This document shows, one piece after another, positions 11,521 through 23,335 of a stretch of DNA of 44,195 bases. The notes beneath the pieces were generated by a model. It saw only the letters and a list, made by a program, of their open reading frames with translations, did not search any database and was not told the origin of the DNA. This DNA is from Octopus sinensis (lineage: Eukaryota). Every line of letters begins with the position of its first letter. The stretch's first letter is position 1. The stretch is from NCBI RefSeq assembly GCF_006345805.1, contig NW_021834703.1:1-44195 (forward strand). The letters run 5' to 3'. Made by a program: the position numbers and the translations under genes.

Positions 11521-12330
11521 AGGGCGGCGAGCTGGTAGAAATGTTAGCACGCCGGGCGAAATACGTAGCCGTATTTCGTCTTGCCGTTACGTTCTGAGTT
11601 CAAATTCCGCCGAGGTAGACTTTGCCTTTCATCCTTTCGGGTTCGATAAATTAAGTACCAGTTACGCACTGGGGTCGATGTAATCGACTTAATCCGTTGG
11701 TCTGTCCTTGTTTGTTCCCTCTGTGTTTAGCCCCTTGTGGGTATTAAAGAAATAGGTATTTCTTCTGAGGTTACGTTCTGAGTTCAATTTCCGCCGAGGT
11801 AGACTTTGCCTTTCATCCTTTCGGGGTCGATAAATTAAGTACCAGTTATGCACTAGGGTCGATGTAATCGACTTAACCACTTTTTCTGTCCCTCTTTGTC
11901 CCCTCTATGTTTAGCGCTTTGTAGGCAATAAAAAATAAGAAACGTTAGCACGCCTGGCGAAATGCTTAGCGGTATTTCGTCTGCCGTTACGTTCTAAGTT
12001 CAAATTCCGCCGAGGCCGGCTTTGCCTTTCATCCTTTCGGGGTCGATTTAAAAAGTATCAGTTATGCACTGGGGTCGATATAATCGACTTAATCCGTTTA
12101 TCTGTCGTTGTTTGTCCCCTCTGTATTTAGCCCCTTGTGGGTAGTAAAGAAATAGGTATTTCGTCTGCCGTTACGTTCTGAGTTCAAATTCCGAAGTCGA
12201 CTTTGCCTTTCATCCTTTCAGGGTCGATTAAATAAGTACCAGTTACGCACTAGCGTCGATGTAGTCGACTTAATCCCTTTGTCGGTCCTTGTTTGTACCC
12301 TCTATGTTTAGCCCTTGTGGGCAACAAAAA
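11521..12330 (+). mobile_element. Tandem array of four SINE family B units
   Basis: Four repeats of GTTCTGAGTTCAAATTCCGCCGAGG..CTTTGCCTTTCATCCTTTCGGGGTCGA..; units 2 and 4 are head-truncated at the junction AAAGAAATAGGTATTTC. Confidence 0.92.
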
Positions 12331-12339
12331 AAGATAATA

Positions 12340-13190
12340 GTGTTGTTGTTTGTGGTTGTTTGTGGGTGGTGGAGGTAGTGGCAGTTGTGGTGTTGGTGGT
12401 GGTTGAGGTTATGGTGGTTGTGGTAGGGTGCGCATGGTTGTGTTAGTAGTTGTGGTGGTGGTGATGGTGATAGTGGTGGTCTTAGTGCTGGTGGTTGCGA
12501 TTATGATGGGTTTGGTGGTATTGGTCATGGTGTTGTTGGTTGTGGTGGTGTTAGTTGTGGTGGTGGTGATGGCGCTGGTTGTGGTAGTGGTGGTGGTGAA
12601 TGTGGTGTTGGTGATTGCGGTTCTGGTAGTAGTGTGGTGATGATGGTTGTGGAGGTGGTGGTAGTTTTGTTGGTGATTGCGGTTCTGGTAGTAGTGTTGG
12701 TGATGATGGTTGTGGTGGTGGTGGTAGTTTTGTTGGTGTTTGTGGTTCTGATAGTACTGTTGGTGATGATGGTTGTGGTGGTGGTAGTTTTGTTAGTGGT
12801 TGCGGTTCTGGTAGTAGTGTTGGTGATGATGGTTGTGGTGGCGGTAGTAGTTTTGTTGGAGGTTGCGGTTCTGGTAGTAGTGTTGGTGATGATGGTTGTG
12901 GTGGTGGTAGTTTTGTTGGTGGTTGCGGTTCTGGTAGTAGTGTTGGTGATGATGGTTGTGGTGGTGGTGGTAGTTTTGTTGGTGGTTGCGGTTCTGGTAG
13001 TAGTGTTGGTGATGATGGTTGTGGTGGTGGTGGTGGTAGTTTTGTTGGTGGTTGCGGTTCTGGTAGTAGTGTTGGTGACGATGGTTGTGGTGGTGGTAGT
13101 TTTGTTGGTGGTTGCGGTTCTGGTAGTAGCGTTGGTGATGATGGTTGTGGTGGTGGTGGTAGTTTTGTTGGTGGTTGTGGTTCTGCAGAA
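12340..13190. repeat. (GTG)-based degenerate tract with a ~60-66-bp minisatellite (~9.5 units, 12607-13182)
   Basis: The unit marker GCGGTTCTGGTAGTAG recurs at spacings 62,63,60,63,60,63,66,60,63. Confidence 0.9.
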
Positions 13191-13495
13191 TGTCCATTGT
13201 TCTACGATGAAAATTCAATTGTTCGAACAACTGAATTACCTGCTGCTTAATTGCAGGTAATTTGTTGAGTATTCCACGCTCTCACCATATCTGTGACAAG
13301 GGTTACATCTTGAATTACAAGTACAATTTGCCCGACGGACTTAATACAGTTTCCCTTTTCCCCTGATTTCTCTCTGAAGGCATGTGGCCTTTGGAAGCGA
13401 TAGAAAATGACATTTGGCCATCATAAATCGCAGTAAGATCCTAGCAGTTACCGTCTCCTAACCATTCGCGGTCCATATCAAGTCTACATGCAAGC

Positions 13496-13842
13496 AGGCA
13501 TGGCTGCGTGCTCCAGAAATTCGCTTTGGATTTGAATCGAATCCCAGTACGCGGCACTTACTCAATTATCTTCTACTAATGTTTCGGGCTACCCGATGTT
13601 CTGTGAATTCATTTGGTAGACAGAAACAGTGTCCAAGAACGTTATTACTTTGTGTGTATGTGTTTCTGCGTGTGCTTGTCTCCTTCCTACTGGAAAACGA
13701 GTGTTGGTTTGCCTACGTCCCCACAAGGCAATAGTTTGGCAAAACAGACCGACAGAGAAAGTACAAAATTATTTTATTGAGATCTAATCCCTTCAAGGTG
13801 TGCTTCATAAAGGCAGTCCAATGACTGAAGCAAGTGAAAGAT
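13496..13842 (+). mobile_element. Old, degenerate SINE A
   Basis: GGCATGGCTGCGTG head and tail CCAATGACTGAAGCAAGTGAAAGA. Confidence 0.65.
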
Positions 13843-13885
13843 AATATATATATATATGTACACACACACTCACACACATATATAT

Positions 13886-13959
<74 letters not shown>

Positions 13960-14011
13960 TATACGCACGCGCATGCTCACACAAACTCTAACACATGCAC
14001 ACATACACATA

Positions 14012-14455
14012 AATTGGTTTAAAATTTTGGCACAAGATCACCATTCCGGGGAAGGAGCAAGTCGATTACATCGACTCCAGCGCATGACTGGTACTTATTA
14101 TATGGCCCCCGAAAGATAGAAGGCAAAGTTGTCCTCGGAGGAATTTGAACTCAGAACATAATGAGGGGCGATATGCCGCTTACCACCTTTCCCGGCGCAA
14201 GTCATGATTCTGCCAGCTGAACGCTTTAGCAAACATACATGTTTTGGTTTCAAATTTTAATACAAGGCCAGCAATATCGCAGCGGGTGGGGTGGGGGGGG
14301 TGGGGTGGGGCTAAGACGATTATATTGCCACTAATGCTCAACTGTTACTTATTTTATCGAACCTGAGAGGAGGAAAGGGAGAGACGACCTTGGTGGAATT
14401 TGAACTAAGAACGTAAAGACAGAGGAAATGCCACTGAGTAACTTGTCTGTCTACC
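14012..14455 (-). mobile_element. Two adjacent SINE B copies; the second is flanked by a 13-bp TSD
   Basis: GGAATTTGAACTCAGAAC B-box in both copies; TTAGCAAACATAC at 14226-14238 and 14456-14468. Confidence 0.75.
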
Positions 14456-15395
14456 TTAGCAAACATACTTATATTGGTTGCTATAATGCACTATGTCACA
14501 AAACAAGATGTTAGTCCCACAATACACAAATATGTGTTGGCTTTTTATTAATGGAAGTTTACTCTCATTCTTATTTATATGTGCTTCAATAATTCACTTT
14601 CGTTTGTACTTTTACATTTCACCGTCGACCACTCTTCGGTTAATATCAACAAAAAAAAAGTGATTTGAATTAGTGAAATGCTTAATTATGGAGCTACCGA
14701 TTACAGATCAATGAAACGTGTTTACTTTTATTGCTGTCGTCCCTGGTCAACCATGGTATAACTCAGCTTTGATAAGATTTGTTCAATCTACTAGCTTCTT
14801 TTATGTTTAGAGTCATCTGTGTATAAAAGTACGCCATAGAATGGGTTCTTCCATTTTTCAAGATACTACAATCCAGTTTAAGGGAGATATGACTGCTGTT
14901 TCAGTTACACAGAGCGACAACGTTGTTTCGGAATTAAGGGGTTAGCGTTATCAGGTATTCATACTTTTTTGTCTTTTCGGTAGATCTTTCAGGTCTGATA
15001 TAGCTTATGTAATTCGTCAGATAAAATTTAGTTTTTCTCACATCATTTTCAAACTTCATCAATTTCAATTTATATCTAATATCATACATAAGCAGAGACT
15101 TACAAACTTGTGTGACTTACTCGTAGACAATAGATTGTATTTCCATATTCATATGTAAAGGTGTGGTCCACTCGATGTTTAATCATTCAATAGCTATTGT
15201 CTTTCAACTTTGTTCTTACAGACTCCATACATAACTTGATAAAGCAGATCTGTTACTTTTTTTCCCACGTACTTAAACGGGGACTTACGGTTGAGGAAAC
15301 GGATCTTTAAAACTAAAGAACGATTGGTAAGGGATAACAAATGAAACTGATAGCCATCAGAAACACATATACTCGCATTTAAATATATTTATGCA

Positions 15396-15437
<42 letters not shown>

Positions 15438-15439
15438 AG

Positions 15440-15493
15440 CATATATATATAATATATATTATATATATATATATATATACATATATATACATA

Positions 15494-15590
<97 letters not shown>
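15440..15590. repeat. (TA)n microsatellite
   Basis: Direct observation. Confidence 0.95.
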
Positions 15591-15591
<1 letters not shown>

Positions 15592-15949
15592 TATGCATGT
15601 GTGTATGTGCTTCTATATGTATTCATACATATTTACATATATATTTGGCAAGGAATATACGTAAATGCAATGCATACGATGAGAATATGTGTCAGGCTTT
15701 CTTTAGGTGCATTGAACAGAATTAAAATGGCTTATATTTAAAATTTCTCCCTGTTCATTAAATCGGAACAAATCGAAGGCGTTGCCCCTGTTCTTACTGG
15801 CGAGAAATGTTACTGAGGTCTTTTGTGAGTAGCTGTGAAAATGACATACCGAGGAAAAGGGTGTACTTACAACAAATTTAAATAAAATCATTCCCATTCA
15901 AACACGCACAGAAACTAGCACAATGAACAAGTCGCATAATAACTAGTAA

Positions 15950-15951
15950 TG

Positions 15952-15998
<47 letters not shown>

Positions 15999-16038
15999 CA
16001 TTATTATTATTAATAATAATAATATTATTATTATTATC

Positions 16039-16084
<46 letters not shown>

Positions 16085-16108
16085 TTGTTGTTGTTGTTAT
16101 TATTATTA
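15950..16108. repeat. Compound (TTA)n/(TAG)n/(TTG)n tract forming the 3' flank of the retroposon
   Basis: Direct observation. Confidence 0.9.
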
Positions 16109-16668
16109 TTGAGTGAGTGAAAGAGCAGTGCATGCCATCAAAGTGACACTGGGGTAAAATATACGAAACCCAGTATACCCATCATGACTACCCGTCTCAT
16201 AAGGGTACACTAGCCACATGCATCACAACCATATGTGCGTGACATGGTGATCTCATATCAAGATATACAGCGCATGACCCTGGAGGAGGGGCCCAATTAG
16301 AATTTTCTTCAGGTCGAGTAAACCATCCTGCTCAAAAGTTCCCTGAATAACGATTGTATAAGGTTGTTGAACGAAACACCCATCTTTCCAGAGGTGAATT
16401 ATTGAAACCTCAAAGAATCCCTCTCAACACATGACTATGATGCTCCCCACTACTACTGCTTGTGATCAGAGATGCACATGTCGTAAGCCACTAAGGGACA
16501 GGCTCAACTGGTTAATGTCAAACAAGTGACAGGCAAATCTGTGGCACTGAGCAGAATATTGCTATAGCCCATCTTTTATACCAAGACAAATCAATGTACA
16601 TGATAATACTTCCAATCAGTTAAGATCAGAAGCCATGAGAGCCACGGCCTGGTACTGCATCAGGGCAT
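16109..16668 (-). mobile_element. ~560-bp non-coding TAA-tailed retroposon, apparently full length
   Basis: Minus strand 5' TGCCCTGATGCAGTACCAGG ... 3' end into (TAA)n. Five related copies in the window. No long ORF, no tRNA A/B boxes seen, internal TATAAAAG. Confidence 0.85.
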
Positions 16669-16731
16669 TGGACTGTAGCCATGGGAAATTATTATTATTG
16701 TTATTAAAACACTGGGGTCTATTTAATCATT

Positions 16732-16933
16732 TCAAGATAAACAGCGCATGACCTTACAGGTGGGGTCAAGTTTGAATTTTGTTCAGGTCGAGTAGCCCTC
16801 TCCCACAAAAGGTCCCTGAATAAGGGTTGTAGCCCAGTTTTTATACCAAGAGAAAACAATGTACCGGATAACACTTCCAATCTGTTGAGTTCAGATGCCA
16901 TGAGAACCAGTGCCTGGTACTGTATCATGGCAT
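16732..16933 (-). mobile_element. Internally deleted copy of the ~560-bp retroposon
   Basis: Joins GGTTGT to AGCCC through a TGT microhomology (16828-16830), dropping roughly 240 bp; retains the 5' end. Confidence 0.8.
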
Positions 16934-16984
16934 TTATCATCATCATCCTCATTATCTTTGACATCATCATCATCATCATCATTC

Positions 16985-17135
16985 TTCCGCCTCTTTACGT
17001 TGTGAGTTCAAATGCCTATGAGGCCAGGTTTGCGTTTCATTCACCCGAAGTCAGTAAAATTTATATCATTCATGGACTGCCGTCTTTGTAATCGACTGAT
17101 CCCTCCACGATATCTTCAGGGCTTCTGACTAGAAT
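16985..17135 (+). mobile_element. Degenerate SINE B fragment
   Basis: TACGTTGTGAGTTCAAATG..TTTGCGTTTCAT..TGTAATCGACT. Confidence 0.6.
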
Positions 17136-17323
17136 GCAAGAAGGACTGTTCATCTCTTTTTGCATATCTATACATATTTATCATATGTATCGAATTATAT
17201 ATAAGTCAATCTATCTGTCTATAGATGCACATAGATACACACTACATATATACACACACACACAAACGCATATATATATATATATTTATGTATATATGTA
17301 TATATACACAAAAACAGAAATAC

Positions 17324-17360
<37 letters not shown>

Positions 17361-17932
17361 CATATAAGTATGTTTATATACATACATACGCACACATACA
17401 CACACATATGTATATCGATAGATAGATAGAGAGAGAGAGAGAGAAACACACACTCACAAACACGCATATACAACTAATGGACAACATACTTATATTGGCG
17501 TACGTTCGTATATACGCACGTACATTTAGCGTGTTTGTATTGTAGGACACATCACAGTTTCTTATAAACCAACTGACAAGTCAAAGGTACCATTGTTAGA
17601 ATAACAGAACTCTTTAGACAATATATAATTCTTCAGACAATTGTCTGAGTAATTACAGAGGTGAACGCTTGACACTTTGACACGTTGCATTAGATTGGTC
17701 AATTAGTGTTAACAAAAATACAATCAAAATTATTTTTTCAGAAACTATACGTGCAAACATTCATACGTACGTACATACATAATACATACATACATACATA
17801 CATACATACATACAGCTATATATGTCTGTATAAATATATGTTGTGTGTGTATGTAAATTATATGTGTAAATATATATGTATACATGTATATATATAATAT
17901 ATATACTTATATATATATATATATAATATATA

Positions 17933-17963
<31 letters not shown>

Positions 17964-18038
17964 AATATAATATATATGAGTGCGTGTGTGGGTGTGGGTG
18001 TCTGTTTTTATATATTACAGGAACATCATTTTCGTTAC

Positions 18039-18191
18039 TTGTAGGCTATGATTGTCCAAAGAGCACTAATTAGAATAAGCATGAGTAGAAATAACGTGGC
18101 CGATCGAAGTGCTAGACACAGCAGTTGAGATTTTTCCGATTGCAGTATAATTTCTTTGAACGAAATGGTGATTTGGATGGTTAGTAGAATC
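18039..18191 (-). CDS. Candidate internal exon, phase 2-2, with a hydrophobic helix (ILLTIQITISFKEIILQSEKSQLLCLALRSATLFLLMLILISALWTIIAY)
   Basis: Acceptor ...CCCATGGTGTTTCAAG, 153-nt open frame, donor CAA|GTAACG. No homology recognised. Confidence 0.25.
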
Positions 18192-18387
18192 CTTGAAACA
18201 CCATGGGAGGACGCAAAGATATATTAAATGATTAACAAATAGATACAACTGGGCGTTATTGTAACTGGAATGCTTTTGATTATATGTATAGTCACTGAGT
18301 CAAATTGAAGAACTAATTTCTGGAATATCATGGCTATCGTTAAATATGTTTATCTTACCTTACTTACGTCTATATTGAATGTTTGTG

Positions 18388-18712
18388 ACTGGGCACTCCG
18401 TCGGTTATGGTGACTAGTGTTCCAATTGATTCGAAGAACAGAACAGCCAGTTCGTGAAATAAACGTGCAAGTGGTTGAGCACTCCTTAGACACTCGTACT
18501 CTTTGCGTAGTTCTCAGGGAGAGTCAGCGTGATACACCGAATGGAGATGGTTGGCACACTGAGCTACACGTAAACTGACTTTGCCAGTTGACTGGGCTGT
18601 AGCCATGTGAACTGAAGTGTCTTCTTGCCAAAGGAAACAATGCGCTGATGAGAATCGAACTCGTGAGCCGAATGTACGAAGCGCTAAGCGATGTGCCTTC
18701 ATTTGAATATGC
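18388..18712 (-). mobile_element. Diverged SINE family C copy
   Basis: GCACTCCGTCGGTTA...CGTGAAATAAACGTGCAAGTGG shared with 4926-5317. Confidence 0.8.
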
Positions 18713-20144
18713 GTACGAAAGTTCATAAACACATGCGCGCGCATACACACATACTCACACATACACACACAGACACACTCACTAACACACAGAAAAACAC
18801 ACACATTGCATTTGTGAGAATCGTATTGAAAAATGGCTGCTTTCGCAGTTGAGATAATCATTAGTTTGTTTTGTACAATGACACATTACAAGGAAACATT
18901 AATAGCATTCGATGAAATTCGAAATTTATTGGCGCCGATGTTGACTATGTTGCTGTTGTTATTGCGGTTTTTGCAGCTGCTATTATTGTTGTTTTTCCTG
19001 TTGCAATTGTTGTTGTTGTCGATGATGTTGCGATTGTTCATAGTTTAGCTCCTGTCCATACGTGTTTAGATATACATTTTACCAAACGTTAACCGCTCTG
19101 CTCATACAGTATTTCTTGTTCAGAAATAGCATATACAGGACAATAAACGATCACTCTAAGACACTATATTGAAAGAGATTTCTCTGCTATTTCTGTTATG
19201 CGAAACAACCATACCAGGTGAATCACCTCGGCTCGGGAAAATAGTGTTTTTCACTGTTATGATAAAGTGTGACTAGTTTTCGCTCACACTCTAATTCAAA
19301 TTTCCTTCCCAGGCATGTTGCGCTCTTTCTTTTCACAACTTTTGTGTTTATCTTCGTTACCAAATACAGTTTATATGGTTTCTATCCGTTTTAAGTAAAT
19401 TTCCAGCGGTCGCATCTAGAGTATTTTTGAGCAAGACTAACTTATTCTCCATTTCAGTGTCAAAGACATATCTCCCTTTAATTAAAGTAAAATGCAGCCA
19501 GATATAATAGTTACATTCACATGTGTATCAATGAGAGTCAATCATTATTTATACACAATGTGTCTATAAAAAGGCCGTCAGAAATGGCATTTATTACTAA
19601 GGATGTCTCAAAGTCGTAATCAAAGTAATCTACCAGTCATTGACTGATTTCAAAACGATATTCTTGGAGCAATTCTAGATGTTTCTAGATCTAACTCGAA
19701 CAATTTTTTTACTTAAACCAAATGTGTTGGGGATAGTTGAATAAACAGGACCAAGATTAATTTGCATATTATTTGCCACTTCATCAATGCTCATCTGTCT
19801 GCTCGACAGAACTATGAAGATGCTGGTCCAGTGTCGGTATCAATGAAAAACAAATAAAACATGATCATCCGACTGATTTGATGCGTGATACTCGTGCGAC
19901 TATTGTTGAATTAATCAATCCATTTATAGAGAGGAAATAACGTCTAAACATTGTCTCCATATTCAGTTGAACTTTTTCGATAGATTTGGTACTTTATACA
20001 CAGTTATCATTCACAAAACAGTTCATGTCTACCATAACACCAACAACAACATTATCGACGTTGATATAAAGGTCTATTTACGTGAGCAAGAAATTCTAAC
20101 ACTTGTAAAAAATGTTCTTTTATAAGTGCATTGCAGATTACTAT

Positions 20145-20750
20145 CCGCAACACACTTGCGCAACAAGATGGCAATGGACTACAAAGACGGCATCAAGAAT
20201 CTTCTGAAATATTACTCAGCAATGGGTTGTTGCATCTCACCGAAAGTACAAGTCTTGGATTTCTTAGCAGATAGTCTTGGAGCAGTGTCTGATGAACATG
20301 ACAAAAAGATTTCGCCCAGGACATTAGTGCTATGGAGAAACGGTACTAAGGCTTTCTGAATGACAAAATGGTGGCTGAATACTACTGGACATTATACCGT
20401 GACCAATCAGATCAGGAACACCGCAGGAAGTCCAAATCACAATGTTTCTAACTCTGTTGTTCTAACTTTGTTTTTGTCTGACTCATTTTTGATGTATTCA
20501 CTCTACGTAGAATGATTGTGATGATTTTAACTCAATAAACTCATCGAGTTTCTAAAATATTATATCTTTTTTATTACGTTAATGATTTCATATATACAAA
20601 TATATAAATATTTGCTTGTATCTACTGAAAAAGTGATATGTGTTGCATACAAATGGAGTGAAAGTTTGAAATCAGCATGGAAAATTAACCTAAAAGAGTT
20701 GGTTTGCATTCATATTGAGTATAATACATTTAATTTTATTGACCAGAGTG
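20145..20750 (+). mobile_element. Chapaev3-type (CMC superfamily) DNA transposon, 3' remnant with right end
   Basis: Translation with a frameshift and stop gives NLLKYYSAMGC..LDFLADSLGAVSDEH..QDISAMEKRY*G....MVAEYYWTL, matching the recalled LDFFPENLGAVSDE(H/Q)GERFHQDI..MEKRYQG..MLADYCW motif. Ends in GTG at 20748-20750 (CAC..GTG termini). Confidence 0.75.
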
Positions 20751-21544
20751 ATTGATGGTTCACTCTTGAACTTCGTAATTTTAGGTCATCCGTAACCATA
20801 CATAGTTTTGGCACCAAGTCCATGGAACATATTTGCCCTAAACGCAATCCTATTACATAACCGTAGTTCACCTATAGTAAATAGCTGTGAATTCTTTCAT
20901 TCCTAACGTCTTATGAACCTTTCACGAAAATTAATGGAACAACATGAAGTTAAAAATGGTAAAGATTGAAGTAGCGATATGTCACAGAGAATCGAACTAG
21001 AATCATACAGATTCAACCTACTGTAGACCAAATATATGTGTAATGACTAATAATCAAATCCCTTTCTATATTTAGGAGATTCCCCTGTTTTTTTTTACCT
21101 CTACCTATTTTCGCCACCGATAAAGGAACGTTTCTACCAACCGCCATCTCTCCCGTTACAACTCATCATCATTATCACCAGCGTACTCAACACTATGGCT
21201 CACCGATTAAACGTCCTTCATCTGTAGAACACTGATATATCCATAAATGGACGGGACTCAACAGAGTGATGGCAGCGCAGCCTGGTTGGTGGTGGGAAAC
21301 TTTGAACTTGGAAATAAGAAACAAAAAAATTCAGACAGTCAAAAAAACGTCCTGAAAACTAAAAAAAGGAGAAAATAAAGAAATAAATTATAAAAGTACA
21401 CAATAAAACCTAAACAAAATAATAAATAAATAAAATAAAATAAAATATAACATATGGAGAAATATATTTAAATATATAAACCCGGGTACTTTTCGCAATT
21501 TTCGGTGATTTCATTTAATATTATCTGTTCAGTGAATTGAAGTT

Positions 21545-21582
21545 AAAATGGCGGACACATATCTGGAAAAGGTTGCCGGAAG
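21545..21582 (+). promoter_or_regulatory. YY1-type and ETS-type motifs, possible promoter or 5' exon
   Basis: AAAATGGCGG (21545-21554) and CCGGAAG (21576-21582). Confidence 0.2.
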
Positions 21583-21699
21583 CAAGATTCAACCGAGAAG
21601 TTTCAGACAGTCAAAAGTGCGTTCTGTCTCAATTCTGGAATCCATAATTAAATGAACATTAGTTTATATGCACACATTCATACTATACATCTGTTTATG

Positions 21700-21787
<88 letters not shown>

Positions 21788-21835
21788 TATATCCAAATCA
21801 TTATATATAAGCAAACACAAGCACAAACACATACA

Positions 21836-21893
<58 letters not shown>

Positions 21894-22559
21894 CTGTATG
21901 TGTGTGTCAGCGTTTTGGCATATAAATGTGTCTATGATTTATTCTGTATATTACTGTTCGTGTATATGTGATGTGAATGCCTGTCTCTGTCTGCGCGCAC
22001 CGAAAAGAAAGTGTAAAGAAAAAGGAAAAAAAGAAAGAAAATAAATGAAAAATACCAAAAAAAGACGTACTACATTTTTATAATATTTATACAGATTAAA
22101 AATAACATCCATACAAATATTTGCTGCTTTGCTCAAAGCATATTATGTAAGAAAAGATACCGAATAAACGAGAAAACCAAAAATATCGAAAATAAATTTC
22201 AAAAAAAAAAATAAGTGCGAGTTCTCCAGGAATGTATTTGGTTAAAGATATTCTCTGTTAGAAAGGATGGAATCCAAACTTCGTTGAATAATATAGGTAT
22301 TTTGAATTTAGCCTAAAGACATGTCGGAAAAATTAGAAATTATGATAGCGATTGAGATAACCTGATTTGTTTGCATTTAAATAGGTGTGTGTGTGTATGA
22401 GTGTCTGTGTAGATCCGTATGTGTATTTGTCTGTACACACACATTCATACGTGAATATATGGATACATACTGCATAAAAACACACACAGACACATTTATA
22501 TCTACATATTATATATATATATATTATATATATAGATATATATCATATATGTACATCTA

Positions 22560-22599
<40 letters not shown>

Positions 22600-23280
22600 A
22601 TATATATATATATATATTATACATATATATATATATATACATATATATATAAATAATGTATATATATATATATACATATGATGTATATGCATGTGTGTAT
22701 GTGTGTGTGCATGCGCGTTTGTATGTGTATGGTTGTGTCGGATGCTTGTGTTGTGTTCGAGAGTACGTGTAACAAAATTCCTAGTATAGTTATGTATTCG
22801 TATATGTGCGGAAATTTATATATATTTTCCACACATTTATACATAATTTCATTAGCATCATTTATATTTATCTTTAAAAATAGTGGAATCTCGTTCACTA
22901 TGTACCTCCCGATATGTACAGGAGAAAAAAAAAATTATAAATTTCAGACTAGAAAATCAGAAAGAGTGTTACATTTTGTGAAAAGTGTTATTTCATGAAG
23001 ATGAGATATGAACTGAAATACAAAGAAATTGGACACATGCACACGTATGCACACGTATGTATATGTTCCTATGTACATGCATACAAACATATACGAAGTT
23101 CTATATGTAGGTATAAATATGTGTGTTTTGTTAATGCTTACAGTTTTGTTTATTCCTTTATAAACTCACATGAAATGTATTTGTAAAAATGTATGTATCC
23201 ATGTACCGCATAAGCGGTTATGTTTTGTATGCAAACCCTCTCTCATGCACATGCATAGTATCTATCTATCTATCTATCTA

Positions 23281-23334
<54 letters not shown>

Positions 23335-23335
23335 A

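Noticed and set aside
11521-13182. CRISPR-like or satellite-like regularity in the SINE array and minisatellite
   Set aside because: Eukaryotic context, no unique spacers between constant repeats, and no cas genes.
14489-14700. Possible Chapaev3 left end (CACTATGTCACAAAA) pairing with the right end at 20750
   Set aside because: Only loose similarity to CACTCTGGTCAATAAAA, no TWA target duplication, and the intervening DNA is unrelated.
16612-16668. Patchy similarity of the 560-bp element end to U2 snRNA or 5S rRNA
   Set aside because: Two short matches with wrong spacing and on the strand opposite to the element's direction; consistent with chance.
18646-18675. CTGATGA hits here and at ~25615, 20289, 26155, 30327, 39450 and 40743
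   Set aside because: None is followed by a stem II plus GAAA and a cleavage triplet; most lie within SINE or transposase sequence.
21076-21236. Possible terminal exon RFPCFFLP...HHHYHQRTQHYGSPIKRPSSVEH*
   Set aside because: Acceptor and open frame only; partly simple-repeat derived, with no homology or linked upstream exon.
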